In this document: positions 32,909-42,382 of the stretch, piece after piece
Position numbering within the stretch: position 1 is the stretch's first letter
How the letters are laid out: each line of letters begins with the position of its first letter
From: an uncultured Gemmatimonadales bacterium
GTDB taxonomy: Bacteria; Gemmatimonadota; Gemmatimonadetes; Gemmatimonadales; GWC2-71-9
Direction: 5' to 3'
DNA: 64,000 bases
Assembly: GCA_963779755.1 (NCBI GenBank)
Contig: CAVZZO010000001.1
Coordinates: 1,792,001 to 1,856,000, forward strand
Made by a program: the position numbers and the translations under genes
Notes under the pieces: generated by a model
What the model was told of the DNA's origin: nothing
Databases searched by the model: none
What the model saw: only the letters and a program-made list of their open reading frames with translations

Positions 32909-34380
32909 GTGTTCTCCTGCGCGTGAGGCAGCAGGCTGAGCCCGGCGCCCGACAGCAGCGTCAGCGCCGTGCCCAGCGGGACGTACCAGGGCCAGGCCAG
33001 GCGCCCCACCGGGGCGAGCCAGCCCAGCCCCGCAACCGTGCTCAGCCGGGCGGCGAAAATCACCACCAGCATCACCGCCACGGTGAGCACCACCGCTCCC
33101 GCCACATCCCGGCCCTGGGCCCGGGGCCAGCGGCCCGCCAGCAGGTAGGTGCCGAGCAGGGCCCCGTAGGTCACCGAGGCGATGGACAGCGCCAGGACGA
33201 TGACGGGCGTGTCTCTGCCCGCAAAGTAGTGAAATACCAGCGCGCCTCCCATGATCCCGGCGGCCCAGAGCACGCTGAACCACCGGCCCACCCGGAGCAG
33301 GTGCACCGGGTCCTTCCGGCCGGTAATGCCGGCATAAAGATCGTGCGTCACCGACGAGGCCAGCGCGTTGATGGCCGAGCTCTGCGTGCTCATGGCCGCG
33401 GCCAGGATCGCCGCGATCAGGAGGCCCGAGAGGCCGGCCGGGAGATGGCTGATGATGAACGACGAGAAGATCTGGTCGGCCGGCATATCGGCCGGCGCCA
33501 GCCCGGCCGCCCAGATGGCGGAGCCGACCAGCAGAAAGAGCGAGAACTGCCCGATGACGAGCACCCCGGAACCTACCAGCGCCACCCGGGCGGAGCGGAG
33601 CGAGCGGCTGGCCAGCAGGCGTTGCACGATCAGGTGATCGGTTCCGTGGCTCGCCGCCGAAAGCATGGCGCCGCCGATCAGGCCCCCGAAGAAGGTATAG
33701 GTGGACGACAGCGAGAGGCTGAAGTCGAAGAGCCGCAGCTTGTGGGCGTCGGCCGCGAGCTGCAGCGCCGGCCCGGCGCCGCCGGCCAGGTGCCAGGCAA
33801 TGGCCAGCGCCGCCGCGCCGCCGGCGAGATACACCAGCAGCTGCAGCACGTCGATCCATACCACCGCCTTGAGCCCGCCGTGCCAGGTGTAGATCAGGGT
33901 CACGATGCTCATGGCCACGATCGCCGCAGGGATGCTCCAGCCGGTCAGCAGCGCCAGCGGAATCGCGCTGGCGAAGACGCGCACGCCGTCGCCCAGCGCG
34001 CGCGTTACCAGGAAGACCACTGACGTGAGTCGCCGGGTACCGGGGCCGAAGCGCGACTCCAGCCGGGCATAGGCGGTCTCCTGCTCGCCGTGGAAGTAGC
34101 CGGGCAGGAGCCATACGGCCACCGCGATCCGGCCCACCAGATAGCCCAGCGTCAGCTGCAGGAAGGTGAGATCGCCCCGCGCGCCGAGGGCCGGCGCCGA
34201 GATGACCGTGAGCGCGGACGTCTCGGTGGCCACGATGGACAGCAGGATGGCCCAGGCGGGAAGGTCGCGGGCCCCCAGGAAATAGTCGCCCGCGGTCTGC
34301 TGCCGGCGGGAGACCCAGAGCCCGCCGCCCAGGGTGGCGACGAAATAGACCAGGATGACGCCGAGATCGACCGGGCTCAG
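32905..34380 (-). CDS. Sodium:solute symporter (SSS family), probable CTG start
   Basis: DYFLG.R.LP.WA...SIVATETS, YT..GG.KAVVW.D..Q, D...VQR.LA, AAAMST; homology extends upstream of the track start (34233) to CTG 34380. Confidence 0.9.
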   Translation of the reverse strand: MSPVDLGVILVYFVATLGGGLWVSRRQQTAGDYFLGARDLPAWAILLSIVATETSALTVISAPALGARGDLTFLQLTLGYLVGRIAVAVWLLPGYFHGEQETAYARLESRFGPGTRRLTSVVFLVTRALGDGVRVFASAIPLALLTGWSIPAAIVAMSIVTLIYTWHGGLKAVVWIDVLQLLVYLAGGAAALAIAWHLAGGAGPALQLAADAHKLRLFDFSLSLSSTYTFFGGLIGGAMLSAASHGTDHLIVQRLLASRSLRSARVALVGSGVLVIGQFSLFLLVGSAIWAAGLAPADMPADQIFSSFIISHLPAGLSGLLIAAILAAAMSTQSSAINALASSVTHDLYAGITGRKDPVHLLRVGRWFSVLWAAGIMGGALVFHYFAGRDTPVIVLALSIASVTYGALLGTYLLAGRWPRAQGRDVAGAVVLTVAVMLVVIFAARLSTVAGLGWLAPVGRLAWPWYVPLGTALTLLSGAGLSLLPHAQENT

Positions 34381-34415
34381 TGTGGCTCCTCGCGGCGGAG
34401 GGACTGGGGGATATC

Positions 34416-34445
34416 AAAAGGGCCCACGGAGAATCCGTGAGCCCT
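34416..34445 (-). terminator. Intrinsic terminator after iscA
   Basis: Minus strand AGGGCTCACGGA-TTC-TCCGTGGGCCCT followed by a T run. Confidence 0.7.
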
Positions 34446-34465
34446 GGTCGAGCGGAGCGAAAGCC

Positions 34466-34834
34466 TCAGGCGGTGAAGCTGCTGCCGCAGCCGCAGCCGC
34501 CGGTCGAGTTGGGGTTGTTGAACGTGAAGCCCGACCCCTGCATGGAGGAGGTGTAGTCGATGGTCACGCCGTTCAGGTACTGCGCGCTGAAGCCGTCCAC
34601 GAACACCCGGATGCCTGCGCTCTCCAGCACCAGATCATCTTCCAGCGAGCGCTCTTCGATATTGAGGCTGTACTTGAAACCGGAACAGCCGCCCGGCAAT
34701 ACGCTCACGCGCAGACCGGCGGACTCTCCCGGCAACTGCTCGGACTGCATGAACTTGACCACCTCGGCCGCTGCCTTGTCGGTCAGAATAAGGGCCAGCC
34801 CGGGGGTGCCCACCTGCTGTTCGGTATTGCTCAT
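34466..34834 (-). CDS. iscA: A-type Fe-S carrier protein (IscA/ErpA/SufA, HesB family)
   Basis: LRV.V..GGCSGF.Y and NPN....CGCGSSF; start placed at the internal ATG 34834 after an AGGAG/GGAGG SD. Confidence 0.92.
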   Translation of the reverse strand: MSNTEQQVGTPGLALILTDKAAAEVVKFMQSEQLPGESAGLRVSVLPGGCSGFKYSLNIEERSLEDDLVLESAGIRVFVDGFSAQYLNGVTIDYTSSMQGSGFTFNNPNSTGGCGCGSSFTA

Positions 34835-34899
34835 CCTCCAGCTCCTTCGTCGAGGCGCCGTCGACGCCACCTGAATGGGGGTCCTGCACTAACGTGTGA

Positions 34900-34928
34900 A
34901 AGTTACGTGAAGGACGCCGGGGGGTCAA
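34900..34928 (-). promoter_or_regulatory. Putative sigma70 promoter of iscA
   Basis: Minus strand TTGACC-N17-TAACTT. Confidence 0.6.
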
Positions 34929-34939
34929 TTACTCCCGCC

Positions 34940-36181
34940 TTACCGCTCGCCTTCCGCCGGATTCTTCGGCGGGTCCTTCCGGTTCCCGGCCTGTTCCAGG
35001 CCGTCCACCACCCCCACCACCCGGTTAGCCACGCCGCGGCGGACGGCGAAGATCTTGTGGTTCTCCCGGGTAGGGTTCACCCGGTTGGTGAGCAGCACGA
35101 CGGCCAGGTCGCGGCCGGGATCGAACCAGATCGATGTTCCGGTGAAGCCGGTATGCCCGAAGGCCTGCGCTCCCAGGCTGTCGCCCCCGCTGCTCAGTCC
35201 CGAAGGTGTGTCCCAGCCCAGCGCCCGGCTGGAACCGGGCACCAGGTCCTGCCGGCGGGTAAAGGCCCGAACCGACCGGGGCGGCTCGATGGCGAAGGGC
35301 GGGACTCCGGCGCCGCCGCCGGGGGCGCAGCGCGGAGTGGGGCAGGGTTGCCAGGCGCTCAGCATCCACTGGGCGAAGGTGAGCAGATCGGCGGCCGTAC
35401 TGAAGAGACCGGCGTGGCCCGAAACGCCGCCCAGCCGGGCGGCATTCTCGTCGTGCACCTCGCCCCGGATGATATGGCCCCGCCAGGGGTCGTTCTCGGT
35501 GGGGGCGATGCGGGGCAGCCAGCCGGCCGGCGGCAGATAGCGGGTGGACCGCATGCCCAGGGGGCCGAAGAGCCGGTCGGCCTCCAGCGAGTCCAGCCGC
35601 TCGCCGAAAACCCGCTCGACCGCCTGGGTGAGCACGATCGCGCCCAGATCCGAGTAGACCGTGCGGACGCCCGGCAGCGTGTCCAGCGCGGTGGTATCCA
35701 CCAGCGCCAGGGCCTCCTCGCGGGTGGCGGTCTCCAGGTACAGCGGCCGCCAGGCCGGCATTCCGCTCGAGTGGGTGAGCAGGTGCCGGATGGTCACCAG
35801 ATGCTTGTGGGACCCCCGGAACTCCGGGACGTAGCGGTCGACCGGCGCATCCAGATCCAGCAGGCCGCTGTCTACCGCCATCATGACCATCGAGGTGAGC
35901 CCGATGACCTTCGAAAGCGAGGCAAGGTCGTACACCGTGTTGCTGTCGGGCCGGGCGGCAAGGCCCACGCCCAGGTGCCCGGTGCCGTAGAGGAACCGGT
36001 GTCCCTGCCAGGTCACCCCCAGCACGGCGCCGGGTGCGGCGCCGTCGGCGATGGTGGAGTCGAGGTAGGAGGTGACCGGCCGCCACACCTGATCGGGCGC
36101 CGGCGCGGACGACGCCGGCGCGCGGTGGCAGGCCGTGGTCATGCCCAGGGCGAGGAGAAGGCCGAGAGTCGGTCGGGTCAT
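34940..36181 (-). CDS. Serine hydrolase, beta-lactamase/AmiE-like lipoprotein
   Basis: DLASLSK (SxxK), LLTHSSG, YSD, GEVHDENA, GHAGLFS, GHTGFTGT; signal peptide ending TAC. Confidence 0.88.
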   Translation of the reverse strand: MTRPTLGLLLALGMTTACHRAPASSAPAPDQVWRPVTSYLDSTIADGAAPGAVLGVTWQGHRFLYGTGHLGVGLAARPDSNTVYDLASLSKVIGLTSMVMMAVDSGLLDLDAPVDRYVPEFRGSHKHLVTIRHLLTHSSGMPAWRPLYLETATREEALALVDTTALDTLPGVRTVYSDLGAIVLTQAVERVFGERLDSLEADRLFGPLGMRSTRYLPPAGWLPRIAPTENDPWRGHIIRGEVHDENAARLGGVSGHAGLFSTAADLLTFAQWMLSAWQPCPTPRCAPGGGAGVPPFAIEPPRSVRAFTRRQDLVPGSSRALGWDTPSGLSSGGDSLGAQAFGHTGFTGTSIWFDPGRDLAVVLLTNRVNPTRENHKIFAVRRGVANRVVGVVDGLEQAGNRKDPPKNPAEGER

Positions 36182-36218
36182 GGATGGATTCGAGTCAGCA
36201 GGGGTTCCCGGAACTTAG

Positions 36219-36278
36219 CCGCAGATTGATCCACAGATTGCATGGATCATACACCCGAGCAATCTGTGCAATCTGCGG
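36219..36278. repeat. Intergenic inverted repeat of CGCAGATT-type units
   Basis: ccgcagattg..cacagattgc / gcaatctgtgcaatctgcgg. Confidence 0.75.
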
Positions 36279-36283
36279 AACCT

Positions 36284-38035
36284 TCACGGCCGGGGCATGC
36301 CCCGGAGCAGGCCCGTCCCTCTCGGATAACGGGGGGGAATGCTGATCGGCAGCTTCCCCTCGATCGGTTGGGCGCCCGCCAGCGCTCGAGCGACTGCACG
36401 CTCGCTCATGGCGCGCGGCGACCATCCCAGCACGTAGGATCCGATATCCGGCATCTGGCCGATTATGTATGGAGACCCCAGCGACACCAGCAGAGTCGGG
36501 TGCTGCCGGGCGACGCTGTCGGCAAAGGCCGCCATCTGGGTCGGCAGCGCGATCGTCCCGCTCCAGGCGGACGCGCGCACGCTGGCGACGAAGATGGCAT
36601 AGGGGGTGACGCGCGCTGCGGACGCGGCCGAGTCGTAGCTGGCCGGGCCGCTCTGGGGGTAGAGCCGGAAGAACTGCACCGGGAAGCCCCGGTCGCGCAG
36701 CTCGGCGGTCAGGGAACCCCCCACCTCGTCGCCCCAGGCGATCACCGTCACCGCCCGCGGGGCGGTGCGCAGGCTGTCCACCACCCCGTCCCGGTCCTCC
36801 GCCAGTACGACCGACCGGGCGGTGATCTCGCGCGCGATGTCCTGGAACGGCGCGGAGCCGACCACCTCCGGAATGCTGTCGAGCGAGACGGTACGCTGCC
36901 GGAACAGCCCCATCCGCCGTTTCAGCTCCAGCAGCCGCCGCACCGAGTGGTCCAGCCGCTCCATGGAGACGCGGCCGGATGCGACGGCGGTAGTGAGCGC
37001 ATCGATAGCCACCGAAGGATCGGCCGGCTGCAGCAGGAGATCCGCCCCTGCCTCGAAGGCCCGCACCGCCGCCTCGCCCGCACCGTAGCCGTTCACCAGC
37101 GCGCCCATGTTGAGGGCGTCGGTCACGATCAGGCCGTGAAACCCGAGCGAATCGCGCAGGATGCCCTGGAGAATCACGGGCGAGATGGTGGACGGCCGGG
37201 TGTAGCCCGGGTCCACCAGGGGGAGCGCGATGTGCGCCGACATGATGCCGGTCACGCCGGCGCGGATCGCGGCCCGGAAGGGCGGCAGTTCCAGCGTGTC
37301 CAGCCGGGCCCAGTCCGCCGTCAGCACCGGCAGCGCCAGGTGAGAATCGGTTTCGGTGTCGCCGTGTCCGGGAAAGTGTTTGGCCACGGCGTACATCCCG
37401 TGCTGCTGGATGCCCCGCACCTCGGCCGCGACCAGCCGCCCCACCCGGGCCGGGTCCTCGCCGAACGAACGGGTGTTGATGATCGGGTTGGCCGGATTGC
37501 TGTTGACGTCCGCCACCGGCGAGAAGGTCATGTGGATGCCCACCGCCCGGCCTTCCAGCGCGGTCACCCGGCCCATCTGGTAGGCATCGAGTTCACTTCC
37601 GCCCGCGGCCAGACCCATATTGGTGGGGAAGGCGGTGCCGCCCACCAGCCGGAAGGCGGTGCCGCCTTCCAGGTCGGAGGCCACCAGCAGCGGTAGCGTC
37701 GAGCGGCGCTGCAGCCGGTTCAGTTTCGCCGCCACGTCCAGGGGCGAACCGATGGACACGATAATGCCGCCCACGTGGAGCGAGTCCACCCAGCCCTGCA
37801 CCCGCTGGAACGCCGAATCGTCGAAGGGCGCGTAGTTCCCGGCCACCCAAGGCATCACCACCTGGGCGACCTTGTCTCGCAGCGGCAGGCTGTCCAGCAG
37901 CCGGTCCACCGCGCTGGGCGTTCCCACCAGCGGACCGGCGGGCGGGGTCAGGTCGAGCGGCGGCGCCTTGGTGATGGAGGCGCAGCCGGCGAGGGCGACG
38001 ATCAGCACGGGAAGAAGAGAGCGAAAGCGATGCAC
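36284..38035 (-). CDS. nagZ: GH3 beta-N-acetylglucosaminidase, lipoprotein
   Basis: DLEGG, PVADVN.NP.NP.I..RSF, KHFPGHGDTETDSH, VTDAL.M; lipobox LAGC. Confidence 0.9.
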   Translation of the reverse strand: MHRFRSLLPVLIVALAGCASITKAPPLDLTPPAGPLVGTPSAVDRLLDSLPLRDKVAQVVMPWVAGNYAPFDDSAFQRVQGWVDSLHVGGIIVSIGSPLDVAAKLNRLQRRSTLPLLVASDLEGGTAFRLVGGTAFPTNMGLAAGGSELDAYQMGRVTALEGRAVGIHMTFSPVADVNSNPANPIINTRSFGEDPARVGRLVAAEVRGIQQHGMYAVAKHFPGHGDTETDSHLALPVLTADWARLDTLELPPFRAAIRAGVTGIMSAHIALPLVDPGYTRPSTISPVILQGILRDSLGFHGLIVTDALNMGALVNGYGAGEAAVRAFEAGADLLLQPADPSVAIDALTTAVASGRVSMERLDHSVRRLLELKRRMGLFRQRTVSLDSIPEVVGSAPFQDIAREITARSVVLAEDRDGVVDSLRTAPRAVTVIAWGDEVGGSLTAELRDRGFPVQFFRLYPQSGPASYDSAASAARVTPYAIFVASVRASAWSGTIALPTQMAAFADSVARQHPTLLVSLGSPYIIGQMPDIGSYVLGWSPRAMSERAVARALAGAQPIEGKLPISIPPRYPRGTGLLRGMPRP

Positions 38036-39250
38036 CGACTACTCACGTGTCTGGGGATGGCGGGCTGGATCGCCTGCGGCGCGGCGCCGTTCCCGGCGCC
38101 GGCGCCCGTCCCGGTCCGGCCGGGGATCGAGGTCCTGCTGACGGACAGCCTGGGGCTGGTACGAGGACGCCGGGTTGCCCTGCTCGCCAACCGCGCCAGC
38201 GTCGATGCCCATGGGGTCGCGGACGCGGTCCGGCTGCGGCAGGCGGGCGTGAACCTGGTGGCCCTGATGGCGCCTGAACACGGCTACGGCGGAACGGCGG
38301 CGCCGGGCGCGCCGGTCGCCACCACCACCGATTCTGTCACGGGTCTTCCAATCTACAGCTTCTACGGCCCCGATTCGAAGGGGGTCCTGCCGCCGCAGGC
38401 GGAGATCGTCCTGATCGACCTGCCCGATGTCGGCGCCCGCTACTTCACCTATCTCAGCACGGCGGTAGATGTCATCCGGGCTGCCGCCCGCTCGGGCGTG
38501 CCCGTGGTGGTGCTCGATCGTCCCGATCCCATCGGCGGGGTGGTGCAGGGGAACGTGCTCGACACGGCGTATCGCTCCGCAGTGGGGCTGCTGGCGGTTC
38601 CCATGCGCTACGGCCTCACCCTGGGCGAACTGGTGCGCCTGGCCATTCGCGACCTGAACCTGCCGGGCCGGGTGAGCGTTGTGCCGGCCGACGGGTGGCG
38701 GCGCGGCATGACCCTGGCGGAGGCGGGGCTCCCCTTCGAGCGGCCCAGTCCCAATCTGCCCACCCTGGAGAGCCTCTATCACTATCCCGGGTTGTGTCTC
38801 TTCGAGGGCACGAATCTCTCGGTGGGGCGGGGGAGCGATGCGCCCTTCGAGCAGATCGGCGCCCCCTGGCTGGATCCTGCGCGAGTGCTCCAGCGGCTGA
38901 ACCGCGAGCCCCACCCCGGGGTAGACCTCGAGGCGGTGCGTTTCACTCCCCGGCATCCCGGTGACGGGAAGTATGCCGGCATCGCCGTGCGGGGCATCCG
39001 GCTGCGCGTGACCGACCGGGCGGCCTACGATCCGACCCGGACCGCGGTCCAGCTGCTGGCGGCTATCCGGGCGGCCTACCCCGACAGTCTGCGCTGGATT
39101 CCTTCCCACTTCGACCGGCTGGCCGGGACCTCCCGGCTGCGGCTGGCGATCATGGCGGGGAAGGAAGCCGGGGAAATCATGGCTCCGTGGGAGGACGAGC
39201 GCGCACGGTACCTGGAACGGCGGAAGGGAATACTGCTGTATGGGGAATAG
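38030..39250 (+). CDS. namZ: Exo-beta-N-acetylmuramidase NamZ (DUF1343) family
   Basis: RPGIE, APEHG, D..DVGARYFTY, VLDRP.P.GG, PSPNLP, FEGTNLSVGRG...PF..IGAPW; signal peptide from ATG 38030. Confidence 0.88.
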   Translation: MHRLLTCLGMAGWIACGAAPFPAPAPVPVRPGIEVLLTDSLGLVRGRRVALLANRASVDAHGVADAVRLRQAGVNLVALMAPEHGYGGTAAPGAPVATTTDSVTGLPIYSFYGPDSKGVLPPQAEIVLIDLPDVGARYFTYLSTAVDVIRAAARSGVPVVVLDRPDPIGGVVQGNVLDTAYRSAVGLLAVPMRYGLTLGELVRLAIRDLNLPGRVSVVPADGWRRGMTLAEAGLPFERPSPNLPTLESLYHYPGLCLFEGTNLSVGRGSDAPFEQIGAPWLDPARVLQRLNREPHPGVDLEAVRFTPRHPGDGKYAGIAVRGIRLRVTDRAAYDPTRTAVQLLAAIRAAYPDSLRWIPSHFDRLAGTSRLRLAIMAGKEAGEIMAPWEDERARYLERRKGILLYGE

Positions 39251-39333
39251 GGAAGGGGAACAGGGAACCGGGAAGGGGGAAGAGGCTCCCTTCCCCTTTT
39301 CCCTTTTCCCGGTTCCCGGTTCCCTGTTCCCTG
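39242..39333. repeat. Inverted pair of GGGAANN / NNTTCCC heptamer arrays
   Basis: gggaatagggaaggggaacagggaaccgggaa ... ttcccttttcccggttcccggttccctgttccc. Confidence 0.85.
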
Positions 39334-39498
39334 CTGCCCACGGTCGGGGTCACGGCGGGGGGACGGAGGGCCGTCAGATTGCCACCATGCTCCTGCGGCG
39401 TGTTGATCTAACCCGTTCTGCCGGTTATCCTTTCGCGGCGCCGAACCAGGGATGTGGATGCGCACTGACTCGCGGAACTCCGGCCGGATCCGGCACTT

Positions 39499-40179
39499 GT
39501 GAAGCTGCTGCCTCCCGTGGTGGAGCGGGGGTTCTATGCTGCGGTCCAGCCCCTGGTGGACCGGCTCCTGCGGTCCGGTGTGCGTCCCAACGCCATCACC
39601 ACCTTCGGCACCTCCCTGGTGCTGATCTCCAGTGTCGCCTACGGTGCCGGACTGGTGCGCTGGGGCGGCCTGCTGCTGCTCCTGAGCGGCATCGTCGACA
39701 CGCTGGATGGCCAGGTGGCGCGGGGCGGCCGGATGGTGACCAGCTTCGGCGCCTTCTACGATTCCACACTCGACCGCGTGGGCGACGGTGCCACCTTCAT
39801 CGGCATCGGCACCTTCCTGCTGACGACGCCGGATGTGGCCTGGCGGGTGCCGGCGGTGGTCGCCTGCATGCTGGCGATTCTCGCCTCCTTGCTCGTGTCC
39901 TATGCCCGGGCGCGGGCGGAGGGACTGGGGCTGGAGTGCAAGGTGGGCATCGCCCAGCGGGCGGAGCGGATCATCGGGCTGGGCGCGCCCTCGCTCATTG
40001 TGGGCGCAGGGCCGCACGCGTTGGTGCTGGAGGGGCTGGTGGCCCTCCTGGCGCTCGCCTCGGTGATCACGGTGGTACAGCGGTTCTACTACGTCTATCG
40101 GCAGACTAACGGCGCCGCCCCCGCGGGCGCGCCGCCGTCGCAGCGGGTCGCGGCGGATTCTCTTGTGAAAGGACCGTAA
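39499..40179 (+). CDS. CDP-alcohol phosphatidyltransferase (phosphatidylinositol-phosphate synthase-like)
   Basis: PNAIT, D.LDG.VAR....T.FGAFYDS.LDR..D, SYARARAE, RAER. Confidence 0.9.
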   Translation: MKLLPPVVERGFYAAVQPLVDRLLRSGVRPNAITTFGTSLVLISSVAYGAGLVRWGGLLLLLSGIVDTLDGQVARGGRMVTSFGAFYDSTLDRVGDGATFIGIGTFLLTTPDVAWRVPAVVACMLAILASLLVSYARARAEGLGLECKVGIAQRAERIIGLGAPSLIVGAGPHALVLEGLVALLALASVITVVQRFYYVYRQTNGAAPAGAPPSQRVAADSLVKGP

Positions 40180-40181
40180 CG

Positions 40182-41504
<1,323 letters not shown>

Positions 41505-41580
41505 CAGGAATCGGGGATCAGAGCCCGGGGATCAGGGGTGGCGGGCGGCCCTGATTCCTGATTCCTGGTCCCCGATCCCT
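41505..41580. repeat. Inverted pair of GGAATCA / TGATTCC-type heptamer arrays
   Basis: caggaatcggggatcagagcccggggatcaggg ... ccctgattcctgattcctggtccccgatccc. Confidence 0.8.
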
Positions 41581-41593
41581 TATCTTTGGGAAC

Positions 41594-41884
41594 ATGAAAT
41601 ACTTCCATCGCACCCATCTCTCCCCCGACGAGGCCCTGGTGGCGGGCGTCGAGTTCTTCGGCGCCCGGCTGACCCCCGCCGAGGAATCGCCGCGCCGGCG
41701 CCAGTGGAGCGGGGCCATCGGGCGCATCAGCCTGAGCGCCCATCCCGAGGGCGGGCACTATACCCTGGTGAACCTGGAAACCGACCAGGTGGGCGAGAGC
41801 GAGGCCGACAAGATGGCCAAGCGATTCCTCACGCTGCTGCACGCGAAGGCCGAGCCCGGGCATGCGGTGCGGGGGGCGTATTGA
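41594..41884 (+). CDS. Hypothetical protein (96 aa)
   Basis: Clean ORF with GC3-rich codon usage, flanked by two repeat elements. Confidence 0.7.
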   Translation: MKYFHRTHLSPDEALVAGVEFFGARLTPAEESPRRRQWSGAIGRISLSAHPEGGHYTLVNLETDQVGESEADKMAKRFLTLLHAKAEPGHAVRGAY

Positions 41885-41888
41885 AGAT

Positions 41889-41996
41889 GGTCAAAGGTCC
41901 AGGGTCGACGGTCAGACTCCGGAGGTTGCACCAGAGGCAGGGGACAGCGCCCGGATTCGACCTTCGACCTTTGAGCTTCGACCTTTGACCTTCGAG
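41889..41996. repeat. Inverted pair of GGTCNAA / TTCGACC heptamer arrays
   Basis: ggtcaaaggtccagggtcgacggtca ... ttcgaccttcgacctttgagcttcgacctttgaccttcga. Confidence 0.8.
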
Positions 41997-42025
41997 CACC
42001 TGGTGACCGGCCACTCGCGACGACC

Positions 42026-42241
42026 ATGACCCACCTCCGCCTCGCCATCACCGGTATGACCGGCGTCCCCTGCCGGCAGAAGATCGAGCGCGCGGTGCTG
42101 GGGTTGTCCGGCGTCGAGGCAGCCGTGGTCTGCCTGGGCCAGGGCTACGCGGACATCGAGTACGAGGAAACGGAGCTGGCCCCGGAAACGCTGCTGGAGA
42201 CCATTGCCCAGGCCGGCTACCAGGCACGGATCGGGGGCTAA
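42026..42241 (+). CDS. Heavy-metal-associated (HMA/CopZ-like) protein with degenerate metal motif
   Basis: L.ITGMTGVPC...IERA...L.GV....V.L....A...Y ... I..AGY fits the HMA fold. Confidence 0.75.
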   Translation: MTHLRLAITGMTGVPCRQKIERAVLGLSGVEAAVVCLGQGYADIEYEETELAPETLLETIAQAGYQARIGG

Positions 42242-42244
42242 CCG

Positions 42245-42312
42245 ACGCCAGGGGTGAGGCGTCGGGCGTGCCATGCCTCACCCCTCGCGTTTCACCCCTG
42301 GCGTCTCACGTC
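42245..42312. repeat. Inverted repeat of GTGAGGC / CCTCACC-type heptamers
   Basis: acgccaggggtgaggcg ... gcctcacccctcgcgtttcacccctggcgtctcacg. Confidence 0.7.
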
Positions 42313-42382
42313 TTGACTCTCCTCTCCAGCCGATAAATCTTTCCCCGCCATTTTGTTACCCGATCACGCCGCCAGGAACCAC

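Noticed and set aside
32909..34417. 805-aa ORF suggesting a long N-terminal extension on the sugar kinase
   Set aside because: The extension is an alternative frame of the SSS symporter; the kinase fold begins at MTVIVVGVD (32908).
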